64,000 nt of DNA from a virus, in IMG/VR virus record IMGVR_UViG_3300021960_000018. The stretch is one strand, 5' to 3'. Of the stretch, positions 47,264-56,454 are shown in pieces. The translations under genes and the position numbers were made by a program. A model generated the notes under the pieces. It saw nothing but the letters and a program-made list of their open reading frames with translations, ran no database searches and was not told the origin of the DNA. Each line of letters starts with the position of its first letter. The first letter of the stretch is position 1.

Positions 47264-48153
47264 TAGTTCTCTCCGTTATTGTTTTCGTATTGTGAACGTA
47301 CCATCGCCCGGTGGTTAGCATCATTCGCTAGGCTTCTAAGTACACTCCCATTATCTGGCAATTGTGAATCCACTAATACTAAAACATCCTGATAAGTACC
47401 ACCAGGAATACTCGTAGCATAATACTGTTCAAAAGCTGGGACTGAGCCCATTTGTAATATTACTTCGGCCTGATTAATAGTTCCAGCTAATTCAGCAATA
47501 CTAGTTTTTGCATCTAGTTGCTGTTCTAACTCGGACTCTTCATCGGCATTTTCTTCCATAACAACTTGTTCTTCTTCAACATCGACTTCTTGTTCTAATT
47601 GTCTTTGAACCCATTCATTGTAATATGGATCATTGAAATCAGGATTATTTAAAAGTCCATTCTCAAGTAAGTAATCATATAAAGCCTGTTCAAATCCTGG
47701 GCATCTTGGATCATCAAGAGGTACCATACAGGTGTCATATCTGTATCTATATCTTACTGTGGCGTCAGTTACTTCACCTTCGCCTTCAGTGACTATTTCG
47801 CCATCTCCAAATCTAGTTCCTAATATACCGCCTAGCGGATCATAACCAACTATTGTATTACCAGGCAACCCACTCCAATCATCAGTGTGGGTGTAGATAT
47901 ATCCTACTGCATCATTATCCTTGTTTCTAATTGTTACCAGTAAGTCAGCATCCGGATCTTTTACTGTGGTATAACGAAATAATACACCGTCAATAACTAA
48001 CCCCGATTGTGGGGGTAGAAGATCTGGCATATACCAATAATATCCATTGACCGCGGCATTCCCAGTAACGCCAGGGATTATTTCAGAGCGCAAGGAGGAG
48101 GAGTAACAAACCACCAACAGTGGCAAGACCACCCGCAGTAGATTTAGTCTCAT
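47263..48153 (-). CDS. Secreted protein: beta domain plus acidic helical region
   Basis: Signal peptide; C..PLDDPRCPG; acidic linker; H..MVRSQY. Confidence 0.65.
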   Translation of the reverse strand: MRLNLLRVVLPLLVVCYSSSLRSEIIPGVTGNAAVNGYYWYMPDLLPPQSGLVIDGVLFRYTTVKDPDADLLVTIRNKDNDAVGYIYTHTDDWSGLPGNTIVGYDPLGGILGTRFGDGEIVTEGEGEVTDATVRYRYRYDTCMVPLDDPRCPGFEQALYDYLLENGLLNNPDFNDPYYNEWVQRQLEQEVDVEEEQVVMEENADEESELEQQLDAKTSIAELAGTINQAEVILQMGSVPAFEQYYATSIPGGTYQDVLVLVDSQLPDNGSVLRSLANDANHRAMVRSQYENNNGEN

Positions 48154-48661
48154 CGCTCATTCCTTTTAATACGCCTTCTCCCTCAGCCGGTTGATCACCA
48201 CTATTTGCCGCCCAAGCTGCTTTCGCTTCATCGCCAATTAATCCATCAAATGGACAAGGAGTTCCAGCATTCATCATAGCAGAAAATACATCTGGATCTT
48301 GACACATTACAGATACTGCAGCAACCTTCATGCCCATATCATATAGTACTTTAGCATTTTTCAATCTTAAACAGTTTTCTTCGGTAAACACCGTACCAGC
48401 GGAAATACCCAAGATCTGCGTTTGAACTGCTCCTGCCACCCCAATAGTACATAAATCCGAATTAGCAGAATTTATGGATGGGGATATAGCCGAAGGAGGT
48501 GGTGAAATAACCGTTGTAGTAGAAGTAGAGTCTACTGTGCTAGTACCGTCTGTACGAGTACAAATATAACCTTCCGGACAAGTTACCTCTTGTGCAAGAG
48601 ATGCAGATGCATACACTATACCAAATAATAGCAACGTAATCCTTAAAACATATTTAACCAT
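48083..48661 (-). CDS. Secreted Cys-rich protein with C-terminal membrane anchor
   Basis: Signal peptide; SPPPSAISP, DLCTIG...ENCLRLK...MCQD...GTPCP; C-terminal GGLLLLLLAL. Confidence 0.7.
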   Translation of the reverse strand: MVKYVLRITLLLFGIVYASASLAQEVTCPEGYICTRTDGTSTVDSTSTTTVISPPPSAISPSINSANSDLCTIGVAGAVQTQILGISAGTVFTEENCLRLKNAKVLYDMGMKVAAVSVMCQDPDVFSAMMNAGTPCPFDGLIGDEAKAAWAANSGDQPAEGEGVLKGMSDETKSTAGGLATVGGLLLLLLAL

Positions 48662-48696
48662 TTTATTTTCCTAGAGGATTATTATTCATTCATGGC

Positions 48697-48704
48697 TATT
48701 TATA
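48697..48704 (-). promoter_or_regulatory. T4-type late promoter TATAAATA
   Basis: Exact consensus 36 nt upstream of the 48661 start. Confidence 0.75.
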
Positions 48705-48723
48705 TAAAAAAAATTCTATTCAT

Positions 48724-48756
48724 AAAAAAAAGGGGCAGCTTTCGCCACCCCTTTTT
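48724..48756 (-). terminator. Intrinsic terminator
   Basis: GGGGTGGC-GAAA-GCTGCCCC followed by a T run. Confidence 0.85.
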
Positions 48757-48775
48757 ATTTCTAATATCTTATATA

Positions 48776-49150
48776 TTAGAACGAGAAAGCAACACCGAGT
48801 GTAATTTCGCCCATATCCATGGCATCAAGATCCCATGAAGATTTAACGTAGGCAGTGGCCATATCATTTAGACCATAGGAGGCTGAAAGATCAATGACTG
48901 GAAGCGAACCAAAAGCGTCCATAAGAACGAGTTCGTTGTCATAGACTACAACATCAGTTGAAGCAGCGAAAATAAAGCCCCAGTTGGTGTAACCAATTTC
49001 AGGGGTTACGACAACGGACATGTCACCAGCGTTGACAGTGTATTCAGCAACAGCATTAGTATTTAGCAATAGACCGGTATTACCGATTTCAGCAGCCGAA
49101 GCAGCAGAAGCGGCAAGAAGAGCAGCAGTGGTAAAAGCAGCTAGTTTCAT
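48776..49150 (-). CDS. Small outer-membrane beta-barrel-like protein
   Basis: Signal peptide, alternating beta strands, C-terminal LGVAFSF (BAM-type terminal Phe). Confidence 0.7.
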   Translation of the reverse strand: MKLAAFTTAALLAASAASAAEIGNTGLLLNTNAVAEYTVNAGDMSVVVTPEIGYTNWGFIFAASTDVVVYDNELVLMDAFGSLPVIDLSASYGLNDMATAYVKSSWDLDAMDMGEITLGVAFSF

Positions 49151-49170
49151 TTTAGATTTCCTTAATTTAC

Positions 49171-49392
49171 TTATTTACGAGACCAGATTTCATATAGAAC
49201 CCAAACAGCGATCAGACCAACAAGGCCTTGAGAACCGAGAGCAGCAACAATAGCAGAAACGTTGCCAATGACGCTGACACCAGCGATAGATGGCATCCCA
49301 AGAACTTCCAGAACGATACCAAGAGCCAAGAGACTGACACCTAGCTCAGCAACTTGACCAATAACAGATTTAACTTTGTTTAGAACTTCCAT
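49171..49392 (-). CDS. Small inner-membrane protein
   Basis: Hydrophobic; LGSQGLVGLIAVWVLY. Confidence 0.7.
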   Translation of the reverse strand: MEVLNKVKSVIGQVAELGVSLLALGIVLEVLGMPSIAGVSVIGNVSAIVAALGSQGLVGLIAVWVLYEIWSRK

Positions 49393-49420
49393 ATTAGACT
49401 TCCTTTATGTTTGAGAAATT

Positions 49421-49740
49421 GGGCCCGTTCTGTTTCTAGGTGGAACCCATACCCACTTAGCAAAAAGCAGTTCTTAGGCTGCTAAAGCCAGAGGAGCAAA
49501 GTTATCGTTTGCATTTAGTTTAATTGATCTATACGCGATCATCCGGTAAACTCCACTCAATCTTCACACCTGTCGATCCTATTTCGACCCCATCATAAGC
49601 ACACCGGCAGTTAAACATGCATTCTTTTAACTAATCCGCCCTAAACTAATAATTGATTAGTACCGATGTGCTTATGGTGGAGTCGCTGGGTACCGCCCCC
49701 AGGTCCAGAATGTGTCCACGTTGCTTCAACGTTTACAAAC
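49421..49740 (-). ncRNA. ssrA: Two-piece (circularly permuted) tmRNA, alphaproteobacterial type; tag ANDNFAPLALAA
   Basis: Acceptor piece ends GACTCCACCA (CCA at 49675-49677); hairpin intervening segment; coding piece starts GGGGTCGAAATAGGATCGAC at 49591; tag ORF 49512-49474. Confidence 0.92.
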
Positions 49741-49749
49741 ATACTTATA

Positions 49750-50328
49750 TCATATGTTGTCTAGGTTGATGATCCCCATTGGTGCAAATTCTTGATGATG
49801 TGACATTTCGGTAACCTTAGGTGCATTCTTACCTAATAGATTATCGAACAACTGTTTAACACCAAGAGTAAGATCATCTACTGAACCGTTATTATCGATA
49901 ATAAAATCAGCCATCCACGGTTCAATACTGTTGCTTTCTTTGCTTTCTTCTTTAACATGCTCTGAGCGATCGACCCAGATAGCAATGTCGAATACACCAG
50001 CATTCTTCATAAAGGTGAATTCACGCTTGTTACGAAGACCACAGTAAATATCAGACTCTTTAAAGATTTCGCGGCCAAGTCGCGTTGGGTCTTCGGCACA
50101 ATAATTTGCTATGAGAGTATACCATCTTTTACGGTGCTTATGTCTATCTTTAAAGCATTCTTCTACAGTCTTATAACCAAATTCATGCTTAAGGACCGGG
50201 AAGACGACATGTTCAGCACAGAATTCACTGGACGAACGGAAAGACATACCGTAGAACATAGCTAAAAGCTCTGCTACGGTGTCTTTACCGTGACGACCAT
50301 GACCAACCAATACAATTTTAGGATTCAT
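49750..50328 (-). CDS. Deoxynucleoside monophosphate kinase-like protein
   Basis: GHGRHGKDTVA, R...E, DFIIDNNGS. Confidence 0.7.
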   Translation of the reverse strand: MNPKIVLVGHGRHGKDTVAELLAMFYGMSFRSSSEFCAEHVVFPVLKHEFGYKTVEECFKDRHKHRKRWYTLIANYCAEDPTRLGREIFKESDIYCGLRNKREFTFMKNAGVFDIAIWVDRSEHVKEESKESNSIEPWMADFIIDNNGSVDDLTLGVKQLFDNLLGKNAPKVTEMSHHQEFAPMGIINLDNI

Positions 50329-50366
50329 ACTAATATTATACCTTATTATTCAGAGGGTGTAAACCT

Positions 50367-50843
50367 TTAATTCCAACTTCCATCCCAGACATAAAAGATG
50401 TGATTGCCAATCCTACGAGAAGGCTCCATATGCGAAGCCCATTGCGGCTTTCGGATATAGTCAGCGTGGTAGAATTCAGCCCCATTTGTAATGTCGGGGT
50501 ATTTTTGATAGTATACTAGAGATGCAATTGCCTGAGCCATTTCCCAAGCTTCTGCATTGCGTGGAACATCAGATTTACCATCATGAGTCCAACTAAACTG
50601 ATTATCTTGCCAAACTACATCGCATATTGTATCTGGAAAATAAGCATTCTTAACACGATTCATAGTTACATGGGCTACTGCAATTTGACCTACTAGATTC
50701 TGGTCTCTTGCTTCGAAATAGACATTCAATGCAAGACATTCTTTATCTTGTTGAGTTTGCGCTGCCATAGCAGAAGATACGGCTGCGAATGCCATGGATG
50801 CCACAATGGAAGCATTCAGGGCAAAGGAGATTACGTTCTTCAT
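50367..50843 (-). CDS. SleB-like cell wall hydrolase (Hydrolase_2)
   Basis: CLALNVYFEAR, VAHVTMNRV, FPDTICDVVWQ..QFSW, IGNHIFY. Confidence 0.9.
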   Translation of the reverse strand: MKNVISFALNASIVASMAFAAVSSAMAAQTQQDKECLALNVYFEARDQNLVGQIAVAHVTMNRVKNAYFPDTICDVVWQDNQFSWTHDGKSDVPRNAEAWEMAQAIASLVYYQKYPDITNGAEFYHADYIRKPQWASHMEPSRRIGNHIFYVWDGSWN

Positions 50844-50869
50844 GTTTCCTGCCTCGGATTTTTATGTAA

Positions 50870-50915
50870 TATTTATATATCACAACCGATTTAGGATGTA
50901 AACCCCCTATTTACA
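50870..50915 (-). promoter_or_regulatory. Early cassette (GGGGGTTTACA) with overlapping late TATAAATA
   Basis: TGTAAATAGGGGGTTTACA...TATATAAATA (50870-50877). Confidence 0.65.
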
Positions 50916-50917
50916 AA

Positions 50918-51127
50918 TTATGCTAATTTTTTTATGCCCAGACACCAATTTTCAGCAGCATCTTCTACATATCGCATAGACTTACCGGGGAACTCCTCAG
51001 TGAAGAACCTACGTCCCTCATTGTCAAAATATTTGATATAAAACATTTCTTCTTTATAATTTACATGGATCTCACAATGTCCTAGAGATGTGTTGTTATT
51101 ATAGAAAGTCGAAATCTTTTTACCCAT
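50918..51127 (-). CDS. Conserved hypothetical protein
   Basis: KSMRYVEDAAENW motif. Confidence 0.65.
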   Translation of the reverse strand: MGKKISTFYNNNTSLGHCEIHVNYKEEMFYIKYFDNEGRRFFTEEFPGKSMRYVEDAAENWCLGIKKLA

Positions 51128-51782
51128 TTTGAATAAACTCCTCTATCATTGGGAAGCATCGCGCGATCGCGTACGCGCACTCTCTCGCGAGCTCGATGTG
51201 CTCTTTTTGTGTACCATTTCCAGACCTAAGTTCAATGTAATGTACCCAAGAGCGAAGGGTACCATTAACATAGAGACGGCTAACTGTGTTCCCCTCTGGT
51301 AGCACAGCGCGCGCCTGTTCCTTGGCAATCCCGGCCTGAATTGCCCATTTGTATGCCATTCGTGCTTCATGAATTATCTGTTCCTGTTTAATAATCCAAG
51401 CTTTTTTGATTTGTTCATCATCAGTTTCTATAGAATTCTGACGATTCTTTTCATCTTGCAGTCGTGCTTCTCTGACAACAAATTGTAGATCTTCGGTGGG
51501 GTCTGCATATCGCTGTGAGAATTCTTGGAAAGAAAAAGACCTATGCCGCAAAAACTGTCTAGCAATATCACGAGTGGTTTCAACCTCAAGTGTGGCAGAA
51601 GCCATTTCTAGTGGTGACCAATGTTTATGTTTGATCAGATAACGAATAAGCTTTTCGCCAGTTTCTGTATTTAGCTGATTCGAGGGATTTGATACACGAG
51701 CACAATAGGCAATAAGATCTTTTGCATTATCAATGCCGATCATATTAACCGGTTGGGTATAACCAATTAGTCTAGCCTTCAC
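51120..51782 (-). CDS. thyX: Flavin-dependent thymidylate synthase
   Basis: HWSPLE, RQFLRHRSFSFQEFSQRY, EQARAVLP. Confidence 0.96.
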   Translation of the reverse strand: MKARLIGYTQPVNMIGIDNAKDLIAYCARVSNPSNQLNTETGEKLIRYLIKHKHWSPLEMASATLEVETTRDIARQFLRHRSFSFQEFSQRYADPTEDLQFVVREARLQDEKNRQNSIETDDEQIKKAWIIKQEQIIHEARMAYKWAIQAGIAKEQARAVLPEGNTVSRLYVNGTLRSWVHYIELRSGNGTQKEHIELARECAYAIARCFPMIEEFIQNG

Positions 51783-52075
51783 TCTTCATTCTCCCAAGCG
51801 AATCGAGACTTCTTTTCTTTCTTTTGCGGTAGTTCTTTCGGTTTAAACCAATACTTACCTTCTACCCGAATAAAACGTTTATTGGTTTCCTCTTTATTCG
51901 GATTTTCGATAGTAACCATAGTACGCTTACCCTTATCAAAGGCTTTGCGTTGGTTAATAACTCTATCAGCAGAAGCCATATAGTCAGCCCTCACAGCACG
52001 ACGTGTAGCCGTCGATACGTTGCTGTGAATTCCCTGACTGATAAATCCTTTACTTTTACCGCCTTTTTTACCCAT
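51779..52075 (-). CDS. Basic hypothetical protein
   Basis: TIENPNKEETNKRFIRV. Confidence 0.65.
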   Translation of the reverse strand: MGKKGGKSKGFISQGIHSNVSTATRRAVRADYMASADRVINQRKAFDKGKRTMVTIENPNKEETNKRFIRVEGKYWFKPKELPQKKEKKSRFAWENEE

Positions 52076-52086
52076 TCTATATTCTC

Positions 52087-53463
52087 CTAATTCAGTTTAA
52101 AATCTTTGAAGCGATCGTTCATTTCGCTTTTATCAAATGCAGGTGTATCTTCTACCAATGTTTGTTCATCAGGATTTACATCAAATAGCCTCATCTTACT
52201 CCTATCTATGCCTAATACGAATCGTTTATATGTAGTTGGATCATTATAACGATTCTTCAATTGCTTTACGGCAATTTGTCCTTGTTTTTCGAGCTCTTCG
52301 GTTGAGACGATTGCGAACATGAGGTCTGCTGTTGCGGGTAGTCCAAAAGACTCGGAGGTGTCTTCAAGCCCAACATCTGAGTTACCATAACCTGAGCGAG
52401 TCGTTTGCGTTGCAGATACGAGCGGTACGTTGAACTCGACCGCAAGTCCACGGAGCTCTTCGGCAATAGCCTTGATATATGTGTAAGAATTGATAGATCC
52501 TCCCATAGCTTTCATCCGTGACGATGCACAGATATTTAAATAATCTACAAATATAATGTCTGGCTTAAAAGTCTTTTTAAGCTTTAGTTCATTCAATAGT
52601 GCACGGAAGTGTGAGCTATTGGCTTGACCAGTAGGATATTCTTTTACAATTAGTTTACCAGTAGTTTGCTTAGCAATACGAGCAACCTTCTGTGAGAACA
52701 TATCCTTAGGTACATTATCTAGCTGATCGATTGGTACATCCATAAGATTGGCGTCGATACGTTCAGCAATGCGTTCTTCCGCCATCTCCATAGTAATATA
52801 GAGAACATTATAACCATCGGCAAGCGCGGCTGCAGCAAAGTGACACATAGCCAATGATTTACCAACACCAGTACCAGCAAGGATAATATTGAGGGTTTTA
52901 TTTGGAAGACCGCCTTTGGTAATCTTGTTTAGCATTTCAAGATCAAAGGGGATCCGTTCTTCTTTGGTATGATAAAAGTCAAACCGTTGCTGCCAGTTCT
53001 CAATATAGTCGTGACCGACATTCGCATCAAAGGATACGCCCAATGCCTTTGTAAGAATATCAGGCAATGCATTTTTAGTAAGCGACTGGTGCTTGCCATC
53101 AATAATCGTAATGGATTCCATGATAGCATTATAGACTGCACGGTCTTGACACCACTTTTCAGTGGTGTTTACTAACCATTCGTCGTCAACCTTTTCTGTA
53201 CCAAATAGATTAGGCAAGACCTCTACAGCGTGACGATACTGTTCGTCACCCATGCTTGCCTCATCAATTTGGATCTTAAACGATTCGAGGGTTGGAAGTT
53301 TATTATACTTAGCTACAAACTTACCAACCTCTTGGAATAATGTTCGATAAGTTCCTTCAAAGTACTCCGGTCTAATGTAAGGAAGAACCTTACGTGTATA
53401 TTTCTCGTTTACTAGCAGATTGCGGAGAATAGTCTGCTCGAGATTAATATTCATCAAATTCAT
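52087..53463 (-). CDS. 41: T4 gp41-like replicative DNA helicase
   Basis: AGTGVGKS, EMAEERIAERIDAN, VDYLNI, IAEELRGLA, SESFGLPATAD. Confidence 0.96.
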   Translation of the reverse strand: MNLMNINLEQTILRNLLVNEKYTRKVLPYIRPEYFEGTYRTLFQEVGKFVAKYNKLPTLESFKIQIDEASMGDEQYRHAVEVLPNLFGTEKVDDEWLVNTTEKWCQDRAVYNAIMESITIIDGKHQSLTKNALPDILTKALGVSFDANVGHDYIENWQQRFDFYHTKEERIPFDLEMLNKITKGGLPNKTLNIILAGTGVGKSLAMCHFAAAALADGYNVLYITMEMAEERIAERIDANLMDVPIDQLDNVPKDMFSQKVARIAKQTTGKLIVKEYPTGQANSSHFRALLNELKLKKTFKPDIIFVDYLNICASSRMKAMGGSINSYTYIKAIAEELRGLAVEFNVPLVSATQTTRSGYGNSDVGLEDTSESFGLPATADLMFAIVSTEELEKQGQIAVKQLKNRYNDPTTYKRFVLGIDRSKMRLFDVNPDEQTLVEDTPAFDKSEMNDRFKDFKLN

Positions 53464-53647
53464 TTACCTCGGAATTAAATTTATCAACGATACTATGACA
53501 ATGATCACACAGGTATATTATACCGATTGAGACTATACCAGGCTCATCAGAGTCTTCTCGTCTATACCTAAACTCTTTATATTCGTCGAACCCACGAAAA
53601 AGTTCATCTTTGCACAAAGCACAGTATTTCTGGCTTTCTGCATTCAT
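53444..53647 (-). CDS. Small Zn-binding hypothetical protein
   Basis: CALC...CDHC. Confidence 0.5.
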   Translation of the reverse strand: MNAESQKYCALCKDELFRGFDEYKEFRYRREDSDEPGIVSIGIIYLCDHCHSIVDKFNSEVNEFDEY

Positions 53648-53910
53648 GCTGAAGCATCTTCTAATAGTGAGAATAGTATATCTTTTGCCACGGACTGTAA
53701 ATCCCCATTTTCTTTATCCAGATCGGCAACCGGGGAACTTATAAGATCAAAATTAAATTTAAGATGATCATCAACTACCTTAAGGGTTGTATATTGGATA
53801 ACAGTCTCTACAAAGTCACCTGACAAAATGCGAATCTGCCAGAACTCATTCTCAGTTGGGACTAGTTCATAGTCAACGTTTTCATGCATCTTCATCATCA
53901 ATGATATCAT
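53644..53910 (-). CDS. gp40-like protein between uvsX and 41
   Basis: Syntenic position as in T4; W.IRIL.G.F.ETVIQY. Confidence 0.55.
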   Translation of the reverse strand: MISLMMKMHENVDYELVPTENEFWQIRILSGDFVETVIQYTTLKVVDDHLKFNFDLISSPVADLDKENGDLQSVAKDILFSLLEDASA

Positions 53911-54934
53911 CCATATTTACTGGTGCTGCATAACCAATCTTATATTGTTTTTCGATAAAAGATTTAAAGTCGGTATTAGCAAAGATAGGATCCCAGAACT
54001 CTTTTTCTAGAGTTTGATCGAGCCGTACTTTGCCGCCAACTTCACCAGTTTCCATATCAACCGTTGCATACCATCCATTCGAAGGTTTAGTAGCGTACCC
54101 ACCTGCAAGAGCCACGTCAAGAAGGCCAGAATAACGCTGAACACCACCGTCCCAGGAAACAGTAATAGGAATCTTAGACTTTTCCTTAACAAATCGAGAC
54201 TTTTCAACATTAATGACGAAGTTATACCCAACAATCTCTGTACCTTTCTTTTCCTGCTGACGACCGATGATCCAGATGTTATCGGCTGAATAATAAATGC
54301 CTGTACCACCAGACACAATCGCTTTCGGGAATAATCCCATCTCTTGATATGTATGGTTGACTGCAATCATAGGAATGTTCTTCATTGTCAGATAAGGTGT
54401 TGCCATGCGGAACAGGCCCTTAAGTGCTTTTGCTCTAGACATATCAGCAACTGATTTCTCGTTAATTGCATCCTCGAGTTCTTTCTTAGATGCAAGGTTA
54501 CCAATCGAGTCAATAACAATTACTACTTTATCACCACGCTCAATTCCTTCTAGTTGGTTAACTAGGTCAAACTTGAGTTGTTCTACGTCTGTGATAGGCG
54601 TATGCAATACCCGATCGGTATCGATACCAAACTGTTCGAAATAAGACTGTGGAGAACCGAACTCCGAATCATAGAAAAGAATAACCGAATCTTTATGCTG
54701 TTTCAGATATGCAGCCGCCATAAGCAGTGCGAACGACGTCTTGAAGTGTTTAGACGGACCAGCAAGAACTGTAAGACCCGAACTTAAACCGCCATCTACA
54801 GATCCAGACAGCGCAACGTTAATCATTGGAACATCGGTAGTAACCATATCCCTTTCATTAAAAAATTTAGATTCAGATAGAATAGATGTTGATTTAATCT
54901 TACTATTTTTCTGAAGTTTATCCATAATACTCAT
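53882..54934 (-). CDS. uvsX: UvsX RecA-like recombinase
   Basis: AGPSKHFKT, YDSEFG, DSIGNLAS, GGTGIYYSAD. Confidence 0.96.
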   Translation of the reverse strand: MSIMDKLQKNSKIKSTSILSESKFFNERDMVTTDVPMINVALSGSVDGGLSSGLTVLAGPSKHFKTSFALLMAAAYLKQHKDSVILFYDSEFGSPQSYFEQFGIDTDRVLHTPITDVEQLKFDLVNQLEGIERGDKVVIVIDSIGNLASKKELEDAINEKSVADMSRAKALKGLFRMATPYLTMKNIPMIAVNHTYQEMGLFPKAIVSGGTGIYYSADNIWIIGRQQEKKGTEIVGYNFVINVEKSRFVKEKSKIPITVSWDGGVQRYSGLLDVALAGGYATKPSNGWYATVDMETGEVGGKVRLDQTLEKEFWDPIFANTDFKSFIEKQYKIGYAAPVNMDDIIDDEDA

Positions 54935-55096
54935 CTAGTATCATTCTCCTTGTTATAAATTTCTTCGGCAAGAGTTTCAATACTTTTACCTTCCACATAA
55001 TTATATTTTACCAAATATTTGGCTTTTCGTAAATAATCATTTTGTTTTTCTTGGGGTAAATCTTCAAATTTTTTCATATCCAAAACCCTTTTTTAT

Positions 55097-55165
55097 TATA
55101 AATAGAAGTGTAGATCGCGGTGCGGGAACACCCATCTACTCTAGAAACACAAGGAGATCTCCAGC
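55097..55165 (+). promoter_or_regulatory. Late promoter plus structured 5' leader of the homing endonuclease gene
   Basis: TATAAATA (55097-55104); stems GTAGAT/ATCTAC and GGTG/CACC; SD inside the palindrome GGAGATCTCC. Confidence 0.6.
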
Positions 55166-55624
55166 ATGTACTATCTATATCTTAAGACCCATAATGTAAC
55201 CGGATTAAAGTATCTCGGTAAAACCAATTCAAATCCTTTTAAATATAAAGGTTCGGGTATTGTTTGGTCTCGACATTTACAAAAACATGGTAATGATGTT
55301 ACTACTACTGTTTTAAAAGAATGTCAAACCAATGAAGAAATACGTAGATGGGGCATTTATTATTCTGATAAATGGAATATCGTAGAATCTTCTGAATATG
55401 CAAATCTATGTCGGGAAGAAGGCCAGGGTGGTCATACTTATGATAAAAGAGGAAAATCCCGACCAAATGGATGTAAATTCCACAGAAGAGGTAGAAAACC
55501 TATTATAATAGACGATAAAGAATATATTAGTTCCCATTATGCCAGTAGCATATTAGACATACCCCAGTCAACCATCTCTTACAGAGTTAAGTCTGACTAT
55601 TGGCCAAATTACTCATTTGCGTAA
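55166..55624 (+). mobile_element. Free-standing GIY-YIG homing endonuclease (Seg-like)
   Basis: YYLYLKTHNVTGLKYLGKT, YKGSG, YANL..E.G.GG, C-terminal HTH-like domain; opposite strand to its neighbours. Confidence 0.8.
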
Positions 55625-56454
55625 GTGACATTTTGTTGTCTTTCCCTTTCATCTAAATCATATTGGGCTCTATACTCATTATTAATTCTAACACATTCTT
55701 CGACTAATGTAAACCTATCACTGTAATTAATTAGCGCATTTGTATCCTTTGGAAAACATGCTCCGCCATATCCTTGCTTACCGTCGAAGCCGGGAACTTT
55801 AGTATGTGAAGAACCAATACGAGGATCTGATGCAATGGCTTTCATAATGGTAGAATAATTGGCTCCAATATCTTGTGCAGCATCATATAGTTGATTAAAA
55901 AATGTAATCTTAGTAGCAAGGAATGCGTTAATCCCATATTTAACTAAAGAAGCTTCTGCCATACTCATAAAATGAAATGGTGCTGGATCGCATAGACTAT
56001 AATTTTCATATAGATCTTTTAATGCCCAGCATTCATCTACATCACCACCAATAATATGGAATTTAGGACGAACGAAATCTGCCTTGGCAAATCCCTCTGT
56101 AAGAAACTCAGGATTATATACAACCCCGCCAACGTCCCAATGTCGGATAATATCAGGAGTTACAGTTGATTTGATTACAATAATAGTGTTTATCAGCATA
56201 CTCTTAGTAAGGCGTTTCATTACCTTATTAAAGATAGTTGCGTCGATAGTGCCATCTTCCCCAAATGGTGTTGGTACACATACAAAAATAAAATGGCAGC
56301 TGCCGAGGATGCCAAGATTATTTTCTACTGTAGTATTATAGATTGGATCGATGATAACCTTTTCAACACGGTCATTGGTAAAGCCATAGTCAACAGCTTT
56401 ACCGACAAATCCGTGCCCAATAATAGCAATTCTTTTCAATTGATAAACTCCCAA
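55609..56454 (-). CDS. UDP-glucose/GDP-mannose 6-dehydrogenase family
   Basis: GHGFVG, VCVPTP, IKSTV, YNPEFL, GYGGACFPKD. Confidence 0.9.
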   Translation of the reverse strand: MGVYQLKRIAIIGHGFVGKAVDYGFTNDRVEKVIIDPIYNTTVENNLGILGSCHFIFVCVPTPFGEDGTIDATIFNKVMKRLTKSMLINTIIVIKSTVTPDIIRHWDVGGVVYNPEFLTEGFAKADFVRPKFHIIGGDVDECWALKDLYENYSLCDPAPFHFMSMAEASLVKYGINAFLATKITFFNQLYDAAQDIGANYSTIMKAIASDPRIGSSHTKVPGFDGKQGYGGACFPKDTNALINYSDRFTLVEECVRINNEYRAQYDLDERERQQNVTYANE

